Source: Polyangiaceae bacterium
GTDB lineage: Bacteria; Myxococcota_A; Polyangia; Polyangiales; Polyangiaceae
DNA length: 64,000 bases
Direction: 5' to 3'
Assembly (NCBI GenBank): GCA_965222375.1
Contig: CBDCTZ010000005.1
Location: forward strand, 160,001 to 224,000
Under the pieces are notes generated by a model. It was not told where the DNA came from and made no database searches. It was given only the letters and a program-made list of their open reading frames with translations. Of the stretch, positions 19,052-30,716 are shown piece after piece (the stretch's first letter is position 1; the number at the start of each line of letters is the position of its first letter). The translations under genes and the position numbers were made by a program.

Positions 19052-21004
19052 ATGCGCTACGCGAGCCTATTTACTCTCACTGGAATCGGAATTCTGACGG
19101 CTTGCGCGAGCAGCCAACCAACCGGCGCCAAGGCTCCCGCTGCACAGGCATGCATCAGAACCAGCGCAAAGCCTCAGGTCAAACCCCTGAGTGACGCGCC
19201 CCGCAGTTCAGCGCTGGCGCTGGCCCGTCACGGCAAGCGCACCTTGGCCTACGCAGTGGGCGCGGACGACAAGACCCTGCGCACCATCGACGTGGACGCC
19301 CAGAAGGAACTGGCCACCACCAAGCTCAGCGGCACGCCAGCTGAAGTGATGGTCACGACGGATGGCCGGGTCTTGGTCACGCTGCGCGACAAGAACAAGT
19401 TGGTTGCCATGGAGCCACAAAAGGCCCCCGACCAACCCCTCAAGGCGCTGTGCAGCGTGGACGCGCCCGCCGAGCCCATCGCCATGGCGAGCACCCAGGG
19501 CGGCAAGAGCGTCGTGGTCACCAGCGGTTGGGGACGCGCGCTATCGCGCTACGACGGGCGGACCCTGGCGGCTATCAAGCGCACCAACTTGCCACGCGAG
19601 CCCCGCGCGGTCGTCATCAGCGATGACGGCAAGCGCGCCTTCGTCTCTCACGCCGTAGGAGGTCGAGTCAGCGTGGTCGACTTGAAGAGCGGCTCCGCGC
19701 CGCGAGAGATCCAGGTCGGCGATGCGCAATCCAAGCGGCGCTCGAAGCTATTTGGGTTCCTGGGGCAGAGTCATTCATCGGGTGAGAGCAAGCGCATGGG
19801 CTGTCAGGGCTACGCCCTCGCGAAGAGCGTCGACCCGCCCGGCCGCATTCTGGCGCCCCAGGTGCTCGTCGATCCGGGCAACCCCTTCGAGCAGTCCAGC
19901 GGTTACGGCAACGGCTTCGAGGCCGCGGAAGTTGCCAGCGTGGCCGTGATCGACTCCGCACAAGAAAACGCCCTCGAGGCTTCGTTGGACACCACCACCT
20001 CACCGCGGCGTGTGCTGCCCTCGTCGAAGCCGCGACCGGAATGCCTGCTGCCTCGCGCAGCAGCCGTCGACGCCAAGACTGGCTCGTTGCTCGTGGCGTG
20101 CCTGGGCCTCGACAGCATCGTCGAGTATGACGCGGCCAGCGCCGATCCTCGCCGAGCCGAGCGCCGACGCTTCGCAGTGCCCGCCGGACCCATGGGAATC
20201 GCCGTCGACACCGAGAAGCGTCGCGCCGTCGTGCTTTCCCAGTTCGATCACAGCGTCAGCATCATCGACTTGAATCTGGCACCCCCGCCGAAAGCGGGCC
20301 AGTTGGTCCAGAGCGGTGTGAAGCAGCTCGCGCTCTCGCGGGGACCCGGGCGCGCAACGTCGGGAGACATCGCCTTGGGACGACGGCTGTTTCACTCCAC
20401 CGGAGACTCGAGGATTTCGAGCGACGGGCGCGCCTGCGCCAGCTGCCACCCGGACGGCCGCGAGGATTCGCTCACCTGGGCAACTCCAGGTGGGCCGCGC
20501 CAAACGCCCATGCTCGCCGGTCGCCTCGCCAAGACGGCGCCCTACGGTTGGGACGGTGCCGGCTCGGATGTCGAAGCGCATCTCTCCCACACCTTCCAGC
20601 GCTTGGGTGGCTCGGGCCTGAGCGAGAAAGAGATGCAAGCACTACTCGCCTACGTGGCTAGCCTGCCGACACCGCCCGCCCTGCGCACTCCCGACAAGAC
20701 CCGATACCAACGCGGCAAGGCGCTCTTTTTCGCCAAGAACACGGGCTGCTCGAGTTGCCACGGGGGCAGCGTCTCGAGCGACGGCCAGAGCCACGACGTC
20801 AAGAGCCGCGTCAAGAGCGACTCCAAGCCGAAGTTCGATACGCCATCCCTACGCTTCATCGCCGGCACGGCGCCCTACTTCCACGACGGACGCTACTCCA
20901 CCTTGGAAGAGCTGCTGCGCGCCTCCGACGGCAAGATGGGCCATACGGCGCACCTGAGCAAACAGGACGTGGCGGATCTGGCGCTCTACCTGAGGACGCT
21001 GTGA
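19052..21004 (+). CDS. YVTN beta-propeller / di-heme cytochrome c (peroxidase-like) lipoprotein
   Basis: CASCH and CSSCH heme motifs; TPSLR..TAPYFHDGR; LTAC lipobox. Confidence 0.85.
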   Translation: MRYASLFTLTGIGILTACASSQPTGAKAPAAQACIRTSAKPQVKPLSDAPRSSALALARHGKRTLAYAVGADDKTLRTIDVDAQKELATTKLSGTPAEVMVTTDGRVLVTLRDKNKLVAMEPQKAPDQPLKALCSVDAPAEPIAMASTQGGKSVVVTSGWGRALSRYDGRTLAAIKRTNLPREPRAVVISDDGKRAFVSHAVGGRVSVVDLKSGSAPREIQVGDAQSKRRSKLFGFLGQSHSSGESKRMGCQGYALAKSVDPPGRILAPQVLVDPGNPFEQSSGYGNGFEAAEVASVAVIDSAQENALEASLDTTTSPRRVLPSSKPRPECLLPRAAAVDAKTGSLLVACLGLDSIVEYDAASADPRRAERRRFAVPAGPMGIAVDTEKRRAVVLSQFDHSVSIIDLNLAPPPKAGQLVQSGVKQLALSRGPGRATSGDIALGRRLFHSTGDSRISSDGRACASCHPDGREDSLTWATPGGPRQTPMLAGRLAKTAPYGWDGAGSDVEAHLSHTFQRLGGSGLSEKEMQALLAYVASLPTPPALRTPDKTRYQRGKALFFAKNTGCSSCHGGSVSSDGQSHDVKSRVKSDSKPKFDTPSLRFIAGTAPYFHDGRYSTLEELLRASDGKMGHTAHLSKQDVADLALYLRTL

Positions 21005-21966
21005 TGCGCTACGCGCTGTTGACGAGCCTGGCGGCGGCCGCGCTGTTGGCCGGCTCGGCTCAGGCTGCGCGCCCGAAGCTCAGCGATCTGCCGTTGGTCA
21101 AGAGCAGCGACCTGAACTTCAACCTGGCTGCACCCGCTCAGATCGCAACCGGCCACAAGATCCCGGGGCTCTTGGTCCGGCTGGGCAACGGTCGCGATGA
21201 ACACTTCGAGCAGAGCGCCGTCGAGGTAGCGGATCTGCTCGATTCCACGACAGCGCGAGAAGCTCCGATCCGCCCCGACGAGGTGCGGGCCGCAGTCGCC
21301 GCGCGCAAGAGGCCAGCCGTCGACGATCGCTGGATCACCGTGAAGCCCAAAACCGGATGTGTGGCCCAGGACCGGAATCGCCACGCGGCGAAGCTGCTCA
21401 CGCTGCCGTCAAAGAGCGGCGTGGTGAAACTGCAGCGCAGACGAATCGAGTGGCGCAAGGGCAAGCCGGAGTTGGTGACGACCTTCATGGCCGTCGACAC
21501 CACGACCCTTGGGGCCGCGGTGCTGAAAGAACGCCGCATCCGCCTGCGGCGCTTGGGCACCGGCGACGGCAAGTTCGCGCTCTACGGCTATCGCACGGCA
21601 AAAAGTGTCGAACTCGTGACCTGGGCTCCCGGGGCCCAGGTCAACGCCGTGGGCAGATCCATCGGTTCGACCTTCAGCTCCTGCGGACTGCTACGCACCA
21701 CCCTGTCCACGAAACGCAGCGCCGCTTCCGTGGACATTGGGGCGGAGCGACAGCTGCCCCTGACCAAGGATGAAAAACGAGACGCCGATCGCGGGGTGGC
21801 AACCACGCGACGGGTCGAGGCCAGCTTCGCCCACGTCAGCGTGAGCAAACTTCATCCGGACCGGACCCCGGTGCTGTCGGTGGTGGTGCGCAAGGAATCG
21901 GCGCTGCGGCTGCCCCCGGGTCCGCGTCGCCCCATGGCACAACCTGCGAGGCGAGCCTTCGACTAG
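21004..21966 (+). CDS. Secreted hypothetical protein
   Basis: TGATG coupling to the upstream gene; signal peptide MRYALL...AQA. Confidence 0.7.
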   Translation: MRYALLTSLAAAALLAGSAQAARPKLSDLPLVKSSDLNFNLAAPAQIATGHKIPGLLVRLGNGRDEHFEQSAVEVADLLDSTTAREAPIRPDEVRAAVAARKRPAVDDRWITVKPKTGCVAQDRNRHAAKLLTLPSKSGVVKLQRRRIEWRKGKPELVTTFMAVDTTTLGAAVLKERRIRLRRLGTGDGKFALYGYRTAKSVELVTWAPGAQVNAVGRSIGSTFSSCGLLRTTLSTKRSAASVDIGAERQLPLTKDEKRDADRGVATTRRVEASFAHVSVSKLHPDRTPVLSVVVRKESALRLPPGPRRPMAQPARRAFD

Positions 21967-23462
21967 CCTCGAACCACCACTCGGCGCTTCAACTCGATGT
22001 TCCGCTTCTTCAACAAGCGGTAGAGGGTCACGATGTTGATCTTGGCGAGCTTGGCCGCGCGCTCGACGCTGCCGTCGGTCTCGGCGAGCAGCTCACTCAA
22101 GTAGAGCGTCTCGGGGCCCGAGAGCCACTCCTCGCGAAGCTCTTTCAGGCCCTTGCGAGGGGCGCGGCGGCGTTTCGGCGCCGGTTTGACGCTCGTCTGC
22201 ATGCTGCGGGGCAGGTCTTCGGGTGTGAGCTCTGCGCCGGTCGACATGATCACCGCGTGCTCGACGCAGTTCTTGAGCTCGCGCACGTTGCCAGGAAAAT
22301 CATAGGCGTAGAGCGCGGCCGTGAACTCTCGCGAAACCTTAGGCGTCTTCTTGCCGTGACGGGCTGCGGATTGTTGCACGAAGACCTGAGACAAGATCTC
22401 CAGGTTGTCTTTGTACGCGCGCAGGGGTGGCAGCTCCAAAGTGACCACGCTGATGCGGTAATACAGATCGTCGCGAAAGCCGCCGGCGCGTACCATGGCC
22501 GGCAAGTCTCGGTTGGTCGCACATACCAGCCGCACGTCGACCCGTTTCGGCGCCCGGTTGCTCCCGAGCGGCTGCACCTCGCCAGTCTCGATCGCACGCA
22601 GAACCTTGGCCTGGAGCGAAAGCGGCAGCTCACCCATCTCGTCCAAGAACAGCGTGCCCCCGTCGGCCTTTTCCAATTCGCCGACGTGATTGGCGCTGGC
22701 CCCGGTGAAGGCGCCTTTGACGTGACCGAAGAGCACACTTTCCAGAAGGGTTTCCGGGATGGCCGCAGAGTTGACGGCAACCAGGGGCCCGCTGGCACGC
22801 TTGCTGTTGAAGTGTATGGCGTGAGCCGTCAGCTCCTTGCCAGTACCGCTCTCGCCGTGAATCAGAACCGGGGCATCCGTGGGAGAGACCTGCTCGATCT
22901 GCCGTTCCACCAGCAGCCACTCGGGGCTCAGCCCCTTGATCAAAAACGGGCGACCGTCGTTTTCGCTGCTGGCACGATAGAGCTGCGCGCGGCGCAGGAA
23001 CTTGGCGCTGGCACTCGCAATGGCTCCGAGCTGTTCGAGGTGCCCGTCCTCGAAAGCCCTGGGGTCTCGTGACGACGCGGCGATGACCCCAATCGCCTTA
23101 CCTTGGTACGGAATGGGCACCGCAGCGATGCTTCGCACTTCCTGGAAGTAGGGCGCGTAGTTCGGGTCTTTGCGGGTGTCATTGGTGAGATAGGGCTGAT
23201 TCGTGTTGAACGTATGCAGCGCAATCCCGTTGGGGCGCCCATCCTTTCGCAGCTTGAGCACGACCCCTGGGATGTTCACCGCCACGCCGCCCACGATGTG
23301 AAAATCGACGGCCAGCCCTTTCTGCTTGCGGTCCCACAAGAAGATTGCGCCGTCGTGGGCGCCGGTTTGCTCGAGAGCTAGCTCGAGGATCTTGCGTTGG
23401 AGCGACTCGATGCCAGCGGCATGGAGCTTCTCGTCGAGGCCGGTCTCCAGGGCTTTGAGCAT
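21963..23462 (-). CDS. GAF-domain sigma54-dependent activator (bEBP)
   Basis: GESGTGKE, GAFTGA, LFLDE, FRDDLYYR; C-terminal Fis-type HTH. Confidence 0.95.
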   Translation of the reverse strand: MLKALETGLDEKLHAAGIESLQRKILELALEQTGAHDGAIFLWDRKQKGLAVDFHIVGGVAVNIPGVVLKLRKDGRPNGIALHTFNTNQPYLTNDTRKDPNYAPYFQEVRSIAAVPIPYQGKAIGVIAASSRDPRAFEDGHLEQLGAIASASAKFLRRAQLYRASSENDGRPFLIKGLSPEWLLVERQIEQVSPTDAPVLIHGESGTGKELTAHAIHFNSKRASGPLVAVNSAAIPETLLESVLFGHVKGAFTGASANHVGELEKADGGTLFLDEMGELPLSLQAKVLRAIETGEVQPLGSNRAPKRVDVRLVCATNRDLPAMVRAGGFRDDLYYRISVVTLELPPLRAYKDNLEILSQVFVQQSAARHGKKTPKVSREFTAALYAYDFPGNVRELKNCVEHAVIMSTGAELTPEDLPRSMQTSVKPAPKRRRAPRKGLKELREEWLSGPETLYLSELLAETDGSVERAAKLAKINIVTLYRLLKKRNIELKRRVVVRG

Positions 23463-23583
23463 TTGTCACAATCCTAGGTCAGATTCACATCAATTGATTT
23501 GGTTTTTGCGAATTTGCAACTCCATGAACCGAAAACTCGCCAAAAACCGCGCTAAACACGGCGTTGGTCTGATGAGTCCGCGT

Positions 23584-23599
23584 TGGCACGCCCCTCGCA
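23584..23599 (+). promoter_or_regulatory. Sigma54 -24/-12 promoter
   Basis: TGGCACG-CCCC-TCGCA; GG 23585-86 and GC 23597-98 separated by 10 nt; ~36 nt upstream of ATG 23635. Confidence 0.75.
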
Positions 23600-23634
23600 T
23601 TAAGGGCCTCCGACTTCCACGGAGGAAACCGAAT

Positions 23635-24543
23635 ATGTTCAGCCGAATCGCCAAGACCGTCTCTCTCGTCAGCCTCGTTGCCCTGTCTGCCTGTGCCACC
23701 GAAGTGGGCCAGGAAGAAGAGACCGGCCTGGAGGGCGCCTCGCAGCCCATCACGATGCCGCAGCACGAGATCGACCAGGTCGTGCAATTCCTCAACGCGA
23801 CCACGACGACCCAAGACGTGCTCGACTTCGAGGTCGGGCTCGACCGTCGCGCAGCCGAGAACCTCATCTTCCACCGCAACGGCTTGGACGGCGCCTACCC
23901 CTCCACCGACGACAACCCCTACGACAACCTCGAAGAGGTGGATCGGGTGGCCTTCGTCGGCAATTCCGCTCTGCTCAAGCTGCGTAACTTCGCCGTCGCG
24001 AACCCGCCTGCTCAAGCCGAAATCGTCGAGGGCGTGCAGTTCTCGTCGGAACAGTCGGCCGCAGTGGTGTGGGGCGTGAACAACGCTTCGCTGTTTGAGC
24101 TCGACATCACGCTCGGCCTGACCAGCTCGGCTGCGTACTCCCTCGTCGAGAACGCTCCCTACAACTCGGTGACCGAGATGGGTGCTGTGCTTCATGTGGG
24201 CCCCTCCGCCCTGGCAACCTTGCGCAACGAGGCGGCGCGCTGGGGTGCCGAGATGGCGCAGCCCGTCGCGAGCCAGGCGGGTCGCTACGACGGCGTCGAC
24301 TTCGACGAGCAGACCGCGGAAATCGCCCTATCAATCGCGAACAACGCTCCGGAGCTGCAGCTGACCCAGCAGGGCAACCTCTGGAGCGGCGGCGCCCAGA
24401 CCATCGTCGAAAACCGCCCCTACGCGACGCTCCGCGCCGTGAGCGACACCTACGGCGTGGGCCGGACCACCATGCGGCAGCTGCGGGACTACGCCAAGAG
24501 CGGTCAGTTCGGCAGCACCTGGGACAGCCCAGAGCAGCAATGA
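23635..24543 (+). CDS. Lipoprotein with three helix-hairpin-helix-like repeats
   Basis: GGAGG RBS; LSAC lipobox; repeats PY.....V..VG...L..LR. Confidence 0.75.
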   Translation: MFSRIAKTVSLVSLVALSACATEVGQEEETGLEGASQPITMPQHEIDQVVQFLNATTTTQDVLDFEVGLDRRAAENLIFHRNGLDGAYPSTDDNPYDNLEEVDRVAFVGNSALLKLRNFAVANPPAQAEIVEGVQFSSEQSAAVVWGVNNASLFELDITLGLTSSAAYSLVENAPYNSVTEMGAVLHVGPSALATLRNEAARWGAEMAQPVASQAGRYDGVDFDEQTAEIALSIANNAPELQLTQQGNLWSGGAQTIVENRPYATLRAVSDTYGVGRTTMRQLRDYAKSGQFGSTWDSPEQQ

Positions 24544-24587
24544 TCGCGCGGCTCGCGCCCGCGAGCAGCGCAAACTTGAGGGGGGCT

Positions 24588-24617
24588 CGAGGCGCGTCAA
24601 TTCGTTGACGCGCCTCG
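24588..24617 (+). terminator. Hairpin, probable terminator
   Basis: 13-bp perfect stem CGAGGCGCGTCAA-TTCG-TTGACGCGCCTCG, weak U tract. Confidence 0.6.
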
Positions 24618-24711
24618 GGTCTTTGTTGTGCAGACATGTGCGCACCGCCAACCACACCTGACAGGGCTCCGGCAACGTGACACTCGGCCTCCTCTCCTTT
24701 AGCCTGTCGTT

Positions 24712-26673
24712 GTGGCAATCGCGCCGCTCAAGAAGACCACCCCGGCCGCCGATGGGTCAGCGGCTTTGTGCGAAGCCCAATTGCGCCTGTTGCTGGACGG
24801 AGTCAACGACGTCATTACGATCTTGGACGCGGACGGGAGAATCATCTTCGTCAACGCAGCCGTCGAACGCGTTTTCGGTAGCCCCCGCGAGAAGGTACTC
24901 GGCGGTGGCTTCCATGAATGGGTCCACCCAGACGACCTACACATGGCCGTCTCGGCCATGCAAACCTTGTTGAGCGAGCCGGGCTCCAGCCAGACGTCGG
25001 AACTTCGCGCCATCGATGTCAACGGAAACGTCCGGGAGGTTCGCTCGGTCGCTCGCAACCTGCTCCACGACCCCGTTCTGCGAGGCATCGTGATCACCAC
25101 CCACGATGTGACGGAACGAAACGCAGCGGCGCGACGCTTGCGGGAGCGGGAACAAGCCTACGCATCCCTGCTGTCCAACTTGCCCGGTATGGGCTACCGC
25201 CGCCAAAACGACGAGTCCTGGAGCATGGATGTCGTCACCGACGGCTGTCGCGCGCTCACGGGTCATGAACCAGAGCAGCTTCGGACCGGCGGCAGCGTAG
25301 CCTACGCCGACCTGATCCATCCGGACGAAGCCGAACCTCTATGGGAGAAGTGCCGAGCAAGCCTCGCGGCGCGGCGTACTTGCAGCAACGAGTACCGGAT
25401 CAAGACTCAGAGCGGCGAGTGGCGCTGGGTTTTGGACATCGCCCACGGCGTCTACGCTGATGACGGCGAGCTTCTTTCCATCGAAGGCTTCGTCATCGAT
25501 GTCACGGAGAAGAAGCGCCTCGAAGAGCAGCTATCCCATTCCCAGCGCTTGGAGGGGATCGGCCGCCTGGCAGGGGGGATCGCCCACGACTTCAACAACT
25601 TGCTTGCTGTCGTGATGAGCTACACCGAGCTGGCCTCAGCCCAATTGGAGTCCGGCGCTCGGGCCAAAGATGACCTGAGCCAAGTGTTGGACGCGACTCA
25701 TCGGGCAAAGGAACTCACGCACCAGTTGCTCGCCTTCGCCAGCGAGCAGATGCTCGAGCCCAAGGCGCTGGACCTCGCGAGTCTCACTCGCGATCTCGAA
25801 CGCCTGCTTCGACGCGTGCTGGGTGAGGACATCCGCCTGCAGACGCGGATCGGGGGCGACCTGTGGGCGGTGTGGGCGGACCAAGGCCAGATGGGCCAGG
25901 TACTCCTGAACTTGGCGGTCAACGCTCGAGATGCCATGCCCCAAGGTGGCGAGCTCAGCATCGAAGTCGCCAACCGGCAGGTCATCGTCCCGCCGGTCGG
26001 GGCTCCCCTAGACGCCAAGCCGGGCGACTACGTGATCCTAACTGTGCAAGACACGGGCATCGGCATGACCGAAGAAGTCATGAAGCGGATCTTCGAGCCC
26101 TTCTTCTCGACCAAGGGCGACGGGCGAGGCTCTGGGCTCGGGCTGGCCACCGTCTACGGCATCGTCAAGCAGGTGGGCGGCTTCATCATGGTGGATAGTG
26201 CGCCCGGACTCGGCAGCGAGTTTCGAGTGTTTTTTCCCCGGAGCCTGCGCGCCGTCAGCGCAGCGGAATCCGTCATCCCGGCTGCCACCATGGCGGCGGA
26301 GCAGCGTCGCATCCTGCTCGTGGAGGACGACCCGACGGTGCGCCGTGCCACTAAGCGAATGCTCAAGCTCTTGGGCTACGACGTGCTGAGCGCCGAGTCT
26401 GGAGAATCCGCGCTGCGGCTGTTGGCGGAAAGCGACTCCAACGTCGATCTGATTCTGACTGACATCGTCATGCGAGGAATGAGCGGAACCGAGCTGGTCG
26501 TGCAGCTGCGCAGCGCGAAACCGGATCTGCCCGTTTTGTTCATGTCGGGCTACCCCGGCGACTCCGCGGCGGACTTGACCTCCCAGGGTCAGCGGGCGGC
26601 CTTCTTGCCCAAGCCCTTCACCGTGGACGTCTTGGCTCAGAAGATCAGCGGCCTGTTTTCCGGACCTGACTGA
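24712..26673 (+). CDS. PAS-PAS hybrid histidine kinase with receiver domain
   Basis: GIAHDFNNLL H-box; NARDAM, DTGIGM, GSGLGL; ILLVEDD...TDIVM...KPF. Confidence 0.95.
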   Translation: MAIAPLKKTTPAADGSAALCEAQLRLLLDGVNDVITILDADGRIIFVNAAVERVFGSPREKVLGGGFHEWVHPDDLHMAVSAMQTLLSEPGSSQTSELRAIDVNGNVREVRSVARNLLHDPVLRGIVITTHDVTERNAAARRLREREQAYASLLSNLPGMGYRRQNDESWSMDVVTDGCRALTGHEPEQLRTGGSVAYADLIHPDEAEPLWEKCRASLAARRTCSNEYRIKTQSGEWRWVLDIAHGVYADDGELLSIEGFVIDVTEKKRLEEQLSHSQRLEGIGRLAGGIAHDFNNLLAVVMSYTELASAQLESGARAKDDLSQVLDATHRAKELTHQLLAFASEQMLEPKALDLASLTRDLERLLRRVLGEDIRLQTRIGGDLWAVWADQGQMGQVLLNLAVNARDAMPQGGELSIEVANRQVIVPPVGAPLDAKPGDYVILTVQDTGIGMTEEVMKRIFEPFFSTKGDGRGSGLGLATVYGIVKQVGGFIMVDSAPGLGSEFRVFFPRSLRAVSAAESVIPAATMAAEQRRILLVEDDPTVRRATKRMLKLLGYDVLSAESGESALRLLAESDSNVDLILTDIVMRGMSGTELVVQLRSAKPDLPVLFMSGYPGDSAADLTSQGQRAAFLPKPFTVDVLAQKISGLFSGPD

Positions 26674-26766
26674 GGCTGCGGGAAGGCCGCAGCCGGCGGC
26701 AGCGTAGGGAGCAACCGGGAGTTCAGGCCCGACATCCCGCAAGGAAGCGCACCATGGGAGCGCTGA

Positions 26767-27417
26767 TTGTCCGCGGCCTGGCTCGGCGGAATACCGAACC
26801 TGAAGCGAGGCACAGCGGCCGCGATCATCGCTGGGCTGCTGACCGCTACGGGCTATAGGGCCTGCTGGCTACCAGGCCTGTTCGTAGGCGCACTGCTGTT
26901 CGTCGCTGCACCCGTCACCGCCTTGGAGCCGGGATCCATCTCCCAAGTCATCATGCGCTGTCGGGGGTTGACCTCGGGGCATGTCCTGCAACTTGCGGGG
27001 TGCTGTTCTTGATCGGATTTGTGGAGGCGTCCCTTTTCCGTGGGCCGACTGCTCGCCGTGCATGCCGACAGCTTCTACAGGCACGGGGTTTCGAAGGCCT
27101 TCGAGCTCTTGGGGGCCGGCGCGGAGGAACACCTCATCTTGAATGCGCTGGTGATCCCTCTCGATGCTGCTGGCTGCGGCAGTGCCGTCACCGCGGCCAA
27201 GACGGCCAAGAAGAACCGCGCCCGGAGGTTCGCCAAGAATTGTCCGGCAGGCGAAGCTGCGCCCCTCGACTACCGACGTTTCCGCCGCTCCACCAAACTG
27301 TCCGATGCGGCACTCGCGGAGCTGCTCGAGCTACGTGCCCGCGAGCGGCGGATCGAGGACCAGCTGCTGCACAAGACTGTCGTGCAACTTCTGCTGCCAG
27401 AGTTGTCAGCAGCCTGA
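26767..27417 (+). pseudogene. Probable membrane protein broken by homopolymer indels
   Basis: Hydrophobic segments join if G4 at 26997-27000 gains a base and T4 at ~27034 loses one. Confidence 0.4.
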
Positions 27418-27508
27418 GTGGCGGCGCCGAGGTCCGGCGTGGCGGCGCAAGGAGTGCGGGGCGATGTCACAGCGCGCCGGCGGCCGACTTTGCTATGCTC
27501 CGCGAGCC

Positions 27509-28216
27509 GTGTCGATCATTCTGTTCGCCAAGACTGCAGCCGCAATGGTGAGAATAACGGCGCCTACCGCCGTGGAGGGTGTACTTCGTCGAGGCAAACC
27601 CCCAGAGCGCTACGATGCGCGGCTGGCTGATTGGTCGGCACGCATGCTCGAGATCGCTGACATCGACCTGAGCGTCGAAGGGCGCGAAAACCTGGGCGAG
27701 GGCGAAGCTTTCGTGGTGATGAGCAACCACCAGTCCCACTTCGACATCCCGGTATTGTTTCAGTCACTAAAACGTCGCGTGCGCATGGTGGGCAAGACCG
27801 AGCTGTTTCATATTCCCGCCTTCGGCCAAGCCATGCGAGTTGCAGGCTTCGTCGAAGTTGATCGCGGCAATCGCAACCAAGCGGTGCACGCCTTGGAGGG
27901 CGCGGCGAAGGCGATCAGCGAAGGCACGAACATCTGGATCGCACCCGAGGGCACGCGGAGCGAGTCGGGGAAGTTCGGCAAGTTCAAGAAGGGCGGATTC
28001 CATTTGGCCATCGACGCCGGCGCGCGCATCTTGCCGGTGAGCATCGATGGTACCAAGAACGTGCTGGCCGCGCACAGCAAGGCGATACAGCCGGGTCAGA
28101 GCGTGCGCGTCGTGGTGGGTGAACCCATCGATTCCCAGACCTATGGCAAAGAGCGGCTGGGAGAATTGCTCGAAGCAGTACGCAGCGCCATCGCGATGCA
28201 CATCCCTTACGCTTGA
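27509..28216 (+). CDS. plsC: 1-acyl-sn-glycerol-3-phosphate acyltransferase family
   Basis: NHQSHFD and APEGTRS motifs; start approximate. Confidence 0.85.
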   Translation: MSIILFAKTAAAMVRITAPTAVEGVLRRGKPPERYDARLADWSARMLEIADIDLSVEGRENLGEGEAFVVMSNHQSHFDIPVLFQSLKRRVRMVGKTELFHIPAFGQAMRVAGFVEVDRGNRNQAVHALEGAAKAISEGTNIWIAPEGTRSESGKFGKFKKGGFHLAIDAGARILPVSIDGTKNVLAAHSKAIQPGQSVRVVVGEPIDSQTYGKERLGELLEAVRSAIAMHIPYA

Positions 28217-28282
28217 AGTCGAAGCGCGACAACTCGAGCGAGAGCGCAGGCATGAATCTCCGGGTCTGGTAGCATCGGGGCC

Positions 28283-29194
28283 ATGCTCCAGCGCAAGACC
28301 CTGGCCACCCTGTGTCTGACGCTCACGCTGGGCCTGCCCACGACGGTCGGTGCGCAAGGCGCGCCTCCGCCGCCTCCTGCAACCGGCGCTCCCTCTCCCC
28401 CGCCTCCACCTGCTGCAGCGCCGCCACCGGCTGCGCAGCCCGGCTACGCGCCGCCACCCACAGGCCAACCCCAACCGGGCTACGCCGGCCAGCCCGCTGC
28501 TCAGCCGGGCTATGGTCCACCCCCCGCTCAACAGGGCTACGGCCCCGCGCCGCAACCGCAACCGCAACCGCAGCCACCGCCGCCTCCGGGGAGACGGCCC
28601 GCGGAGGTGTATCTGTTGCTCGGCTACGGCACCGCAGTCTGTGACAACGAGGAGCCCACCAGCGATTGCCCGGTCGACGGCGGCGGCGCCTTTGGCTTGG
28701 GTGGCGCTTGGCGATTCCACAGCAACTGGGCCGTGGGGCTCGAGCTCGCGGGCTGGAGCTTCGCGGTTCGTGACGAGTGGCGGGGCCAACTGCAAAACGA
28801 CGCCGAAAACGTGAAGTTCTCCAGCTTCTACATCTCACCCTTCGCACGCTGGTATTGGTTCGACGAAGGCACGGCTGATCCGTACTTGCAAGCTGGCATC
28901 GGGCTCAGCACGGTCAGCGCGGAAGCCTCGAACGCCAATGCGACCTACGAATACAATGCTCGAGGCCTTGCCTACTCTTTCGGCATTGGAGTCGACTTCC
29001 ACATTTCCGAGTTGTTCCGCCTCGGGCCGCAGTTCTTGGCGTACCTACACGTCTCCAACGAGATCTGCGACAACCCCGCGGGCGCCAGCGAAACCTGCCG
29101 AGATCCAGGCAAGGACGAAAAAGGCGATCGCGAAGGGCTCGCCCTGCCCTGGCGCTTCGTAGCCGTAGGCACTTTCATGTTCGGTGACCCGTGA
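28283..29194 (+). CDS. Outer-membrane beta-barrel protein with Pro/Gln-rich N-terminus
   Basis: Signal peptide; PGY repeats; amphipathic strands such as PYLQAGIG. Confidence 0.75.
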   Translation: MLQRKTLATLCLTLTLGLPTTVGAQGAPPPPPATGAPSPPPPPAAAPPPAAQPGYAPPPTGQPQPGYAGQPAAQPGYGPPPAQQGYGPAPQPQPQPQPPPPPGRRPAEVYLLLGYGTAVCDNEEPTSDCPVDGGGAFGLGGAWRFHSNWAVGLELAGWSFAVRDEWRGQLQNDAENVKFSSFYISPFARWYWFDEGTADPYLQAGIGLSTVSAEASNANATYEYNARGLAYSFGIGVDFHISELFRLGPQFLAYLHVSNEICDNPAGASETCRDPGKDEKGDREGLALPWRFVAVGTFMFGDP

Positions 29195-29306
29195 AATAGC
29201 CCCCGGGTTCGGCGACCCGGAAATAGCCCGGAAGCAACAAAAACCCTGCAATTTTTCCCTTGCGACCGTCCCGGGCCGCTGTGCTATATCCCCGCCTCAC
29301 CGCTCA

Positions 29307-30702
<1,396 letters not shown>

Positions 30703-30716
30703 GTCAGGTCCTCTAG

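Noticed and set aside
29180..29232. Short tandem duplication TTCGGYGACCCG(T)GAAATAGCCC before the tRNA promoter
   Set aside because: Only two imperfect copies spanning a stop codon; no evidence of function
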